Positions 10,127 through 19,120 of a stretch of DNA of 64,000 nt are shown in pieces (position 1 is the stretch's first letter; each line of letters starts with the position of its first letter). The position numbers and the translations under genes were made by a program. The DNA comes from Acidobacteriota bacterium (GTDB lineage Bacteria > Acidobacteriota > UBA6911 > RPQK01 > JAJDTT01): positions 5,088,001 to 5,152,000 of the forward strand of contig OZ253580.1 of NCBI GenBank assembly GCA_965263035.1. Reading direction: 5' to 3'. The notes beneath the pieces are model-generated. The model searched no databases. It was not told the DNA's origin and was given only the letters and a program-made list of their open reading frames with translations.

Positions 10127-10868
10127 TCAACCCTTCCGAAACCGGCGGAGCCATTGGTGAACGTAGCTCGCCAGACTTCCGACCAGAAGATTCGCCGCCA
10201 AGGCAAAAGGTCCGATCCAGATGAAGCTCACCGGGTCGTAGCCGGTCTCCGGATCGAATCCGAAGATGGGTCCGGAGTAGGCCACCAGGACGGCCGTCGT
10301 GATGCCGGCCACGGTGCCGCAGACGACTCCCAGGGGGGTGGCGAAGGGGACGAAGAAAGCGAAGAAGAAGAGAGCGAACAGTGGAGTCGAGAGCAGCCCC
10401 GACGTCTTCTGGCCGACCGCCCAGATGTTTCCTGGCACGTCGTCTATAAGGGAGCCGCCCACCACCACGATCGTACCGATGGAGAACGCCATGATCTTGG
10501 CCAAGCGGGTCCGGGCGCGCCGGCTGTCCGGCAATCTCCCGAAACGGTGCAGAAAATCGCGGCTGACCACGGCAGTAATGGAGTTGACGCCCGAGTCGAC
10601 GCTGGACATGGCGGCGGCGAAAATCGCCGACACCACGAGCCCCGAGACGCCGGGAGGCAGCACGTAGGCAATGAAATAGGGAAAGACATCGTCGGCCCCC
10701 TGGCCGACGTTGATGCTGGAGGGAAGTGTCTGAGCCGCCTGCTGCACGTACCCCAGGAGGGCGAGCCCGGTGGTCCAGAGAGTGAGCACGACAGCGAGAC
10801 CTGCAATGATATTGGCGATAAAGGAGCGCCGAGCGGCCTTCAGGCTCCCCGTGGCCATATATCTTTGG
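10127..10868 (-). pseudogene. Sodium:solute symporter, 3' half (split by element E1)
   Basis: Begins QRYMAT..AARRS; GLVVSAIFAAAMSSVDSGVNS; joins in frame to 20062-20852. Confidence 0.9.
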
Positions 10869-10873
10869 CCATG

Positions 10874-11030
10874 CGGTCCAGGTGAGACCATTTATCCCCA
10901 CGCCGAAGTACTATTTATTGAGGGGATGTTATGAGGGGTCAGCTTGGATATACGGTCCAGGTGAGACCATTTATCCCCACGCCGAAGTACTATTTATTGA
11001 GGGGGATGCAATGAGGGGTCAGTTTGGACA
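10874..11030 (+). repeat. Tandem duplication with a ~79 bp period at the E1 left end
   Basis: CGGTCCAGGTGAGACCATTTATCCCCACGCCGAAGTACTATTTATTGAGGGG starts at both 10874 and 10953. Confidence 0.95.
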
Positions 11031-12012
11031 GACCAACTGGGCGGTGGCCGTCAGTGAGGATGTTCAGAAAAGAAGGCGTCAGGCCATCTACGAGTCGGAA
11101 GAGGCGGAATGGGGAATCCATTTTGCCGAAATGAGCCTCAGTCGCAACACGCGGTCCTGCTACTGATCGGCGTTGAGGCGTTTCGATGCTTGGAGGAACA
11201 CAAAAGAGGTCTGTGACGCGCTGCTGGGACGGTACATCCTCGTCCTCCTGGATAAGGGGAAGAGCGCCAGCACGATCAAGAACAGTGTCAACGCCGTCAA
11301 GTTTCGGGAGGTGGAAGGCCTGGACCGGCCAAGTCCAAAAGGCCGCATTGTGAAACAGGCCATGAAGCGTGCCATGCGTGAAGCCACGGCCAGAAGGGGA
11401 CAAGCTCAGGGACTTGAAGAGGAACAGGTCAGGAGCATCATGGTTGCCGCCGGCGGCACGGCATGGGGTGTCCGCAATCGTGCTCTGATAGCACTGGCCT
11501 ATTATCGAGGTTTGCGGATCAGTGAGGTCGTGGCCGTCAACATTGAGGATCTGACGTTCTTCCCGTCCGGGTTTGGCAAGCTGAAAATCACACGCTCGAA
11601 AACAGATCAACAAGGCCGCGGCGTTGTCATGGATCTCTGCGACCTGTCCGTCGATCCTCTTCGGGAATGGATTGCAATCTCAGGTATTAGTAAGGGTCCA
11701 CTGTTCCGTATCGTCGAGTACGGTCTAGACCATGAGCCGGTCATCGGAGAGAAGAGGTTAAGCCGATGTCAGGCAGCCAAGACCATAAAGCGGTTGGGTC
11801 GCAAGGCGGGGTTCTCGATTTCCAGTCATAGTCTGAGAAGGTCTTTCGCGATGAGGTTGACTCGGCTGGGTTTCCCCATCCAGGTTGTTGCAATCGAGGG
11901 TCGATGGAGCACAACCGATCAGGTGCTCACCTATATACAGGGGATGGAATGCACGGACTCGGCTGTCTTGAAGGTCAGGAAACGTCAACAGTCAATCCGT
12001 TTGGTCAGTTGA
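11011..12012 (+). pseudogene. Cre-like tyrosine recombinase with an in-frame TGA at 11164-11166
   Basis: GLRISE, RSKTDQ, SHSLRR, GRW and LTY catalytic motifs; upstream SRNTRSCY*SALRRFDAW is in the same frame; RBS GAGGGGG before ATG 11011. Confidence 0.8.
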
Positions 12013-12023
12013 ACTGTCCCTTT

Positions 12024-12550
12024 GTTGTTTGAAATCCATTCCAAGGTGTGCATATACTTGAAACTGTGGTAGAGGTAAGGTTTCAGAATCTCACCGATTT
12101 CTCACAAACAGTTGGGCACGGAGACTCAGTTGGAAGAGTGGCGTGTCCTTGGTGGATTGCTTCAATAGATTTTAAATCTAACGGGTTCTACTGCAAATCT
12201 CTTGCCCGTCTGAGTGCTGCGCACCGCTGTTCATCCCAACACCTAAGAACTGTCCGTAGGAATGTAGATACAGTTCAGCGGGAAGAATCCCCCGTGCAAG
12301 TCTACCGGGTTACGTGGAGACGTGACTCGATGCAAACCCTCCAAAGAGTATGTAGTGAGGTAGGGTTGGGTTCCAAGGTTCCGTTCTCTCCAGGGTTGCA
12401 TAGTCGCCAACTTCATTGAACCTTTCAGTGAAGAGCACCTAGCAAACTGCGGAATCTGGCCGTCGCACGCTCTACAAGTTCATTGTTAGGTCGTCTTCGG
12501 GCAGTATCTCCTCATTGATTTGGGGGAATAAAGCCCGAAGACTGACCAAA
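12024..12550 (+). ncRNA. Candidate large structured RNA of E1
   Basis: Many stems with G-U pairs that favour the + strand (12247-12276, 12307-12328, 12411-12433, 12489-12547); no convincing ORF. Confidence 0.45.
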
Positions 12551-12763
12551 TTAGATACAATTCATTATATGTTTTCTAAATTCCCAATAGGGAAAAAAGA
12601 AAGAAAGAGGGAAAGGGAGAAAAGACAGGGGGGTCTAAGGGGGGAATAGAAAATGAAAAATGAAAATTTACAAAATGCCGAAAATATCAGTTTGGAAAAA
12701 TGGGCAAATCCTACTTTTTACAAACTTCGACCCTATGAGAACTGATAAATGGAAAGTTGTCAC

Positions 12764-12797
12764 TTAGTAAAAATACCGGTGGTGGTACTTTTACTAA
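12764..12797. promoter_or_regulatory. 34-bp imperfect palindrome (lox-like geometry or operator)
   Basis: TTAGTAAAAATACC-GGTGGT-GGTACTTTTACTAA; arms match 13/14. Confidence 0.5.
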
Positions 12798-12872
12798 CTG
12801 CCTGCTTCAGGAAATGAAAAGTGGTAGAAAGTGGTACCTCAGCGAATTTCAGCGTTTTGGGCTGATTCTTCC

Positions 12873-14396
12873 CTACATTACCAAGACTTCCTCCGATCCA
12901 TCACCACTTGCGAATGCATAGAATGAGGGAGCAGCATCTAGCTTCAACCTTCGTTTCCACTCGCCCACGGCTAGGATGAGGCTTTGGACAACATCATCCC
13001 TGGATGCGTTGGCGGTTGATTTTCGTAGTCTACAATTTCCACCATCGTCGGTTGCCACTTGTGCTACTGACAGGGACGCTTGAAGTAGACTTCTGCTTCC
13101 CACAGTGATGCTCAAGGGACCATCCGCGGCAGCCCGTCTCAATGATGTTATGTCCTCCGTTGCGGAGGACCATCTTTGTATTCTTGGAGTGACGTGGCAA
13201 GGGGGGTCAGTGTCGAACAATTCTGCCAGTCGGAAACGGTCGCACACAATGATCCGTGGATCCCATCCCCTCACGTAGTCCACCAAGGTCTCCAAAGAGG
13301 GAATCCGTTGTCCCTGAGCAACGATCAACGATCCCTGGTCCACAAGCCGGGCATAGGAACCAGGCTGCGCCATATCCCTTTTCTCCTGATCCCGGACACT
13401 GGGTATACCTGGGCATAGGGCGACAGCCTCACAACGTCCTGACGGCCATACAGCGGTCGCCGCAGACCATGCCCTGCTCCCTCCTGCATCAATCCCAACA
13501 ACCGGTTGTCCTGCCCTTGCAGGAACATCCCGGGCAAGCGTCCGTTTCCAATCCTCCACAGTGATGACCACACCGGTCTCATCCTTCGTGGCGACGTTCA
13601 GACGGTAGGACATGAACCGGGAGCGGAGACGTGGATCCAGTCGGGCCTTGTCCCGTTCCTCAAGTAGAACAGACCTAGACTCGGGGAAGTGAATCATCAA
13701 TGGATTGCATCGTTTGATGTTCGGCCACTTGTGCCATTCGTCAGGGTCGCTCGAACCTTGGAACAATGTCACGTGGACTGATCGACTACTCCCTGCCGAA
13801 AGCAAGTCTGTCCACCAATGCCCTTCACCTGCCGGCGCTTGTGTTCCTACAAAGAGCAATCTAAGACCACTTTGAGGCTTCCCCAATGCAGTAGTCAGGG
13901 CATCAAACATCAATTTCCCATCACCAACCTTCCAGGATGCCGGTTCATCACAGAAAATCCATTTGGAATTGACAATTCCCATGGCACTTTTCCCGCTGGC
14001 GGGCAAAACTGATAATTCTGTGCGTGTTTTGGGGTGCCTAATCCTTGCGGTCAAACTATTGTCAGCTATCAGATATTCTCCAGCGTTTGGTAGGGATTCA
14101 ACCATCCGACGAAGCACTCCGAAGGTGGTCCGGCGACATTGACCTAAACTAGCGGCAACAAGGTGATTTTCTGCCTTTGCCTGGAATAGAGGACTGCCCG
14201 GAACGAGGGTTTGCAGGGCCATCCATGCCATGAGGGTCGATTTACCCTGTCCTCTTGGCGTGCTTAGACACGACGTTAAAATCCCAGGTTTTAACATCCC
14301 TTTAAGGAATTTATGCTGGAATGGTCGAAGGTTGATTAAATCCGAGTGTTTCCAGTTCATACTAAGCAACTTTGGCTTTAAATATTGGAGACACAC
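12873..14396 (-). CDS. Terminase large subunit (E1)
   Basis: Walker A PRGQGKST, Walker B IFCDE, CNP, nuclease VGIDAG and DRFR, C-terminal RDDVVQSL. Confidence 0.88.
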   Translation of the reverse strand: MCLQYLKPKLLSMNWKHSDLINLRPFQHKFLKGMLKPGILTSCLSTPRGQGKSTLMAWMALQTLVPGSPLFQAKAENHLVAASLGQCRRTTFGVLRRMVESLPNAGEYLIADNSLTARIRHPKTRTELSVLPASGKSAMGIVNSKWIFCDEPASWKVGDGKLMFDALTTALGKPQSGLRLLFVGTQAPAGEGHWWTDLLSAGSSRSVHVTLFQGSSDPDEWHKWPNIKRCNPLMIHFPESRSVLLEERDKARLDPRLRSRFMSYRLNVATKDETGVVITVEDWKRTLARDVPARAGQPVVGIDAGGSRAWSAATAVWPSGRCEAVALCPGIPSVRDQEKRDMAQPGSYARLVDQGSLIVAQGQRIPSLETLVDYVRGWDPRIIVCDRFRLAELFDTDPPCHVTPRIQRWSSATEDITSLRRAAADGPLSITVGSRSLLQASLSVAQVATDDGGNCRLRKSTANASRDDVVQSLILAVGEWKRRLKLDAAPSFYAFASGDGSEEVLVM

Positions 14397-14547
14397 GGTA
14401 TGGGGCTATCCACCTATCGCCTCCAGGGGAGCCCCTATGCACCTATTCCATGCCATACGTCACTAAAATCACTCAGTTTTAATGATGTGTTGCTAACTAA
14501 GCCATCTAATGAGCATGGGTTCTATCACCTTATGGTCGAGCTCCTGG

Positions 14548-14934
14548 TCAATTTCGAGTCCAATACCGAATTCTGTGACCCATGCCCGCCGAATTGTCAG
14601 CCTTGCTCCGGTGCAACTCTGCCATGACCGATTCCTTTACTGCGTCGGATGACAACCCCAATATCCCACACACCCATTTGAAGCTGGCGGGGCCATTCTC
14701 GTCGGACTGAACCCACAACAACGCATCGTCCCTCAGGTGTTCCATTTTGTCCCTGGGAATCACGGGCGCGCATCCCAGAGAATCCTGGATGGCAAGGCGC
14801 AACATACGGGACCAAAGCGCTATCTCCTCAGCATGCTTTCCGGTACGTTGCCTCGGCATGGTCGAGGTCGAGGTCAGATCCCGCACGTATCGCTGTACAG
14901 ACTTACCTAAGTGCTCAACTGATCCCGAGAGCAT
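14548..14934 (-). CDS. Phage-type hypothetical protein (start may be 14859)
   Basis: LAIQD..DALLWV.SD..PASFKWVCGILGL pattern; upstream of terL on the same strand. Confidence 0.6.
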   Translation of the reverse strand: MLSGSVEHLGKSVQRYVRDLTSTSTMPRQRTGKHAEEIALWSRMLRLAIQDSLGCAPVIPRDKMEHLRDDALLWVQSDENGPASFKWVCGILGLSSDAVKESVMAELHRSKADNSAGMGHRIRYWTRN

Positions 14935-14950
14935 CCGTAAACTCCAAAGT

Positions 14951-15074
14951 TAAGTAGCATAGTGATATAAGGTGTGTCAACACTAATACAAAAGTCTGGA
15001 TAATGGACCGTCCATGACTCAATCGTAGAGATTTTGTCGTGCGGTTGTCAACCTGTCATTGTCTCATGTACTAT
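14951..15074. promoter_or_regulatory. Divergent sigma70-like promoters between the terL arm and the capsid arm
   Basis: Minus strand TTGACA(14980-14975)-18-TACTTA; plus strand TTGTCA(15045)-18-TACTAT(15069). Confidence 0.45.
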
Positions 15075-15083
15075 AGTCGTCGA

Positions 15084-15389
15084 ATGTCGAGACACCATCG
15101 TTCTCTGGGGCGCGATCAGCACCGTTTGAAGCAATGGGTATTGCGCCATCGTGCTCGATATCATTGTGAGAAGTGCGGGACCAGAATTGGTATGTCGAGG
15201 CTCCCACGTGCAGGTGTCAGTGTCAGTGAGCTGCACCACACAATCCCGCTCGCATGTGGTGGTTTTCACGTCAAGTCTAATGTGGAGCTTCTATGTCGTG
15301 AATGCCACGTAAACCACCACAAACAAAAGAGATTTCAAGAACTGTCGCCCGAACGCCGGGCATGGTCCGAATACCTATCATCATACTGA
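15084..15389 (+). CDS. HNH endonuclease (packaging-associated)
   Basis: CEKCG...ELHHTIPLACGG...NVELLCRECH. Confidence 0.9.
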   Translation: MSRHHRSLGRDQHRLKQWVLRHRARYHCEKCGTRIGMSRLPRAGVSVSELHHTIPLACGGFHVKSNVELLCRECHVNHHKQKRFQELSPERRAWSEYLSSY

Positions 15390-15398
15390 GGAAACAAC

Positions 15399-16592
15399 AT
15401 GAATTCCCTCCAACGTGTCCAGAAGAATTTGAGTGAGTCTAGAGAAAAGCTAAATCAGCTTTCCATGAAATCGGATCGTACTAAGGAAGAGGAAGCCCAG
15501 TTGCTAGAGCTTCGGGCCGCTCATTCCAAGTTGGAAACGGAGTACAGAACCGCCTTGGAAGCCTCCACCGAGCCGAAGGTGATCGTGAAGGATGCCGAGA
15601 CACGCGAACTTGATGGCTTGATCTTGAAGGCCAGCGTAGGCGACGTGCTCCATGCTGCCTTGGATCAGCGGAGCACGACTGGGGCAACTCACGAGCTACA
15701 GACTCATTATGGTCTGTCTCCGCATCAAGTCGCCCTGGAGCAACTGGAAACACGTGCTGTCACTCCGGCACCTACTGACGTGGGATCGAGCCAACAGCCG
15801 ATTATTGGGCAGATTTTCCCGGATTCAATCGCCAGCTTCTTGGGTGTGGGGATGCCGGTTGTTGGAACCGGGGAAGCAACATTCACGGTCCTGACCACGG
15901 GTGCTGACGTAGGTACTCCGGCCAATAATGCAATTCAAGTGGAAACTACAGGTGCTTTCACGGCTTCCGTATTGTCTCCCAAGAGGGCGCAGAGTTCATT
16001 TTTCTGGAGCATCGAGGACGAGGCTAGATTGAGCGGCATGGAAGATGCATTACGCTCGAATCTCGGAGCGGCGTTGTCCTCCAAGTTTGACAACCTGCTC
16101 TTGAACGATACCGACGAGGGCTTGCTTTCGGGCGGCCTGACGGAACCAAGCGGCACCCCGGAACTTGCTACCTGGGTGCTTTACAAAACTGCTCTAACCT
16201 CTCAGGTGGATGGCCATTTTGCGTCCACTCCCGATCAAATTCGCCTGGTTATAGGTGGCAAAACCTACGAACAAATGGAGACGGTTTATCGAGTTGAGCC
16301 GGCGAATGGCGGAACCAACGAAAGCGCTTTTGAGCTTCTGGTTCGGAAGTCCGGCGGCGTCAGGGTCAGCAGCCACGTAGCGGCACCGAGCTCTACCATT
16401 CAGGGTGCCATTGCAGTCCGGCGGCCCAGTGCGATCCATGCCGTGATGCCGGTTTGGCGGGGCGTGACTTTGATTCCGGATCGTATTACGAAGGCCGCAA
16501 GCGGTCAAGTGATTTTAACTGCCGTTGCCTTGTGGAGCTTGAAGGTTCTTCGGGCGGATGGCTTCGGACGATTGAAGATCAAAGTAGCTTGA
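15399..16592 (+). CDS. HK97-fold major capsid protein with a coiled-coil delta domain
   Basis: N-terminal coiled coil, LETRAVT, LSPKR, C-terminal IPDRITKAASGQVILTA..VLR; similar to 53181-54443. Confidence 0.85.
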   Translation: MNSLQRVQKNLSESREKLNQLSMKSDRTKEEEAQLLELRAAHSKLETEYRTALEASTEPKVIVKDAETRELDGLILKASVGDVLHAALDQRSTTGATHELQTHYGLSPHQVALEQLETRAVTPAPTDVGSSQQPIIGQIFPDSIASFLGVGMPVVGTGEATFTVLTTGADVGTPANNAIQVETTGAFTASVLSPKRAQSSFFWSIEDEARLSGMEDALRSNLGAALSSKFDNLLLNDTDEGLLSGGLTEPSGTPELATWVLYKTALTSQVDGHFASTPDQIRLVIGGKTYEQMETVYRVEPANGGTNESAFELLVRKSGGVRVSSHVAAPSSTIQGAIAVRRPSAIHAVMPVWRGVTLIPDRITKAASGQVILTAVALWSLKVLRADGFGRLKIKVA

Positions 16593-16594
16593 CC

Positions 16595-17050
16595 ATGAAA
16601 GCTGAGACTCTGGTATCCCTCCCGGTTGAAATCCGGGAGGGCCAAGACAAGCAACCTCAGATTGTTGGGACGATCATCCAGGAAGGGCGGGCGGGATCTA
16701 TCCGCCGTGAACTGTTCACCCCTGGGAGCGTCCTATGGCCTTTTGAGGGCGTCGGCATCCTGGTAGGGCATGGCGGCCCACTCGCCGGGACCGTGCAGCC
16801 TACAAGGGAGAAAAACGGAGAGATCCGCTTCTCTGCCCCGGCTTCCCCTCAGATGGTCAAGGCGGTCGAGGGCGGGCGTAAGGGCCTGTCGGTGGAGTTT
16901 GTCGCCCTGGCAGAGTCCCGAACGGCTGGCGGTATTCGTGAGGTCCGGCGGGCATTCGTCGGGGCAGCGGCTTTGGTCACATCTGCCGAGTACACACAAG
17001 CCAAGGCGGAAATCAGGGACCAAAAGCCGGTCCAAGTGTTCTTGTTATGA
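16595..17050 (+). CDS. HK97-family prohead protease
   Basis: ELFTPGS, His in LVGHG, Ser in GLSVEF, ALVTSAEY. Confidence 0.8.
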   Translation: MKAETLVSLPVEIREGQDKQPQIVGTIIQEGRAGSIRRELFTPGSVLWPFEGVGILVGHGGPLAGTVQPTREKNGEIRFSAPASPQMVKAVEGGRKGLSVEFVALAESRTAGGIREVRRAFVGAAALVTSAEYTQAKAEIRDQKPVQVFLL

Positions 17051-18048
17051 TTTCCTTGAACCTGTCCACCCCACATCGTGAGGTTCGGTCAGCTTCCCCT
17101 GGTGATGCCGTCATTGAGGCTGTACTAGGTGGGGGTGGGTACTCCGGTACTTCTGTCCCCGGTGTCTTGGGAGCCTGTACCAGCCGATTGAGCGGCGTCC
17201 TGGCCTCCGCTGATATCGACGTTGCCCTAGTCGGAATTCTCCCGTCAATTGCTCGGCAAATTGTTTGGACCGGCGAGGTCGTCCTCTTCCTCAATCCCGA
17301 TCTTAAGCTGGAAATTGTCACGTCCTACGACATGGCCGGGAGTGCTGAGAATCGCGTCTACACCATCGACATTAACGGACCTTCCCGGAGCTTGACCTAC
17401 AAGAACATCGGGCAGGATCAAATCTGTCATGCGATTGTCCGGCCTTCCTCTATGGCACCGTGGCGGGGTGAAGGCTGGCGACAAACAGCGGGCATTGTGG
17501 CGTCCCAACTGGCTGCCGTGGACGCCGCAATCGAGCAAGAGGGTAAACAACCTCGTGGATCTTTGTTGCCGGTTGTCGCCGCAGAGAGTCCCGAAAGATT
17601 GACAAAGTTGATGGGCGCATTGATGCGCTTGAAAGGTGGATTGAGTTCGCATCCGCTGCTAGGGAGGCAAGGCGAGAATCCCGGACCCAGCCCAACGCCG
17701 GTACGCTTGCAAACAAACAGCCTGGGAGAATTGTTAAAAGCACGTGAGGAGTTGAGCTCGGCCTTGTGCGAAGCCCTGGGCGTCCCGCGTGTTTTGGTAG
17801 GATTCGGGGCCGGCGGTCAAGTCTCCAGGCCGGACGCCTTGAGGAGCTGGATTGCAACCACTGTGGGAGCATGGGCGAATACCATCAAGAGCGAGCTAGC
17901 ACGGGTGCTGGAGCGACCGGTTGTCCTGGACTTGGAACCGATCCTGGCTGGCCTGGTTCCAGTTGGACTCCGAGTTGGTGCCGCTGCGCGACTGGTCAAG
18001 GCGGGCTGGAGCATAGCGGATGCAGAACGCATCGTGAGGTTGTCATGA
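17047..18048 (+). CDS. Phage portal protein (short, divergent)
   Basis: GEV, ICHAI..PWRG, LCEALGVP, IKSELARVL; similar to the E2 portal. Confidence 0.7.
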   Translation: MISLNLSTPHREVRSASPGDAVIEAVLGGGGYSGTSVPGVLGACTSRLSGVLASADIDVALVGILPSIARQIVWTGEVVLFLNPDLKLEIVTSYDMAGSAENRVYTIDINGPSRSLTYKNIGQDQICHAIVRPSSMAPWRGEGWRQTAGIVASQLAAVDAAIEQEGKQPRGSLLPVVAAESPERLTKLMGALMRLKGGLSSHPLLGRQGENPGPSPTPVRLQTNSLGELLKAREELSSALCEALGVPRVLVGFGAGGQVSRPDALRSWIATTVGAWANTIKSELARVLERPVVLDLEPILAGLVPVGLRVGAAARLVKAGWSIADAERIVRLS

Positions 18049-18596
18049 TTTCCACCGTCGAGACTCCGGCAAACTACGGCGGCCTTGTGGACGCGCAATT
18101 GGTCCGGGAGGCGTTGAACTTGGAAGCCTCCGCACCCTCCAACGCCGCTCTGATCTTCCGCATTGAGGAATCGGCCAAACGTATTGAGGGCCTGACCAGA
18201 TTGGTATTGGCTGAATCTGTTTGGTTGTATGAGATTTTCTACGAAGATTTTTTGGAGCATGGAACGCAACCCTCAGCGTTCCGCTTGCCGGGACTGTACG
18301 CGCCCACGGTAGACCCCACTGTCACGGTCACGGATGAGGACGGGTATGTCGTGGTGGTCACTTCCACGGTGGAAGGTATGGGGGATTCGATCCTCTTACG
18401 AACGACCACCGGCACGTTTCTGGACTACGAACTGCCGCTGACAATTGAGATCACACGTGGTGTCTCCGCTTCCCAGCTTCCAGGTGACTTGAGGGCGGCC
18501 GTCATAACTATGGTCGAGCAATTGAACGACGGTTTCAGCCCACTGGCCGAAGCCAGCATCGTCCGAATTTGCTCGCGGTATGGCTGGGTCGGCTGA
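18045..18596 (+). CDS. Head-tail connector (HK97 gp6-like)
   Basis: VREALNL..IEESAKRIEGLTRLVL...LPGDLRAAVITMV. Confidence 0.7.
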   Translation: MISTVETPANYGGLVDAQLVREALNLEASAPSNAALIFRIEESAKRIEGLTRLVLAESVWLYEIFYEDFLEHGTQPSAFRLPGLYAPTVDPTVTVTDEDGYVVVVTSTVEGMGDSILLRTTTGTFLDYELPLTIEITRGVSASQLPGDLRAAVITMVEQLNDGFSPLAEASIVRICSRYGWVG

Positions 18597-18943
18597 TGCG
18601 CGGGCATCTAGCATCCCCCCAGAGACGACGAATCCCGCGAGCCCGAGACCTGACCGAACGAATCACCATTCTTCGTATTGGGTATGACTCGAACGGCACT
18701 CCAACTGGTTCCTATTCAACACGGAAGAGCAATGTTCCTGCTCGTCTATTCCGTGCTACCGGAGACCAGATTTTTACTGAGGATACTCTCCGTTTGGAGA
18801 ATACCCTGAGCTTCCAGATTCGGTACATGAGCATGAACACCACGGATCGTGTCTTGTGGGCCGGGAAGGATCTGGAGATCCAGGCCATCATTGATGTTGT
18901 GCCGAGACGATGGCTGCAACTCGATTGCAGGGAATCGGAGTGA
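18596..18943 (+). CDS. Head-tail adaptor / head closure protein (SPP1 gp16-like)
   Basis: LTERITI..FQIRY..TDRVLWAGKDLEIQAI..RWLQLDC. Confidence 0.8.
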   Translation: MRGHLASPQRRRIPRARDLTERITILRIGYDSNGTPTGSYSTRKSNVPARLFRATGDQIFTEDTLRLENTLSFQIRYMSMNTTDRVLWAGKDLEIQAIIDVVPRRWLQLDCRESE

Positions 18944-19120
18944 GCTAAGGGACCGGAACGCACCCGCCGCCGACGGAAGGGGTCTTGATTCTTAATACCC
19001 TCCTGTAAGGGTTCGCGCATATCGCCGCCGTCGCCACGAACCGGGGCCGGAGGGTGAAGAAGAACGTCCGGCCTTTCTGACAAGAGAGGAATACGGGCAC
19101 GAACGAGCCCGGTAAGCGGG

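Noticed and set aside
10874-11030. Possible CRISPR or other spacer array
   Set aside because: Only two contiguous units, no variable spacers and no cas genes.
12340-12347. TCCAAAGA in a loop of the E1 RNA candidate matches the E1 target core (bridge-RNA-like guide idea)
   Set aside because: An 8-mer match can arise by chance, and I found no equivalent match to CTGGTTG in the E2 region. Revisit only with more family members.
12048-12419. 123-aa ORF downstream of the E1 recombinase
   Set aside because: No RBS or recognisable motif; the region is better explained by RNA structure, though coding is not excluded.
15084-18943. Gene transfer agent or encapsulin locus
   Set aside because: A recombinase, att-like cores, portal and terminase are present while GTA tail genes are absent; this fits a mobile element better.
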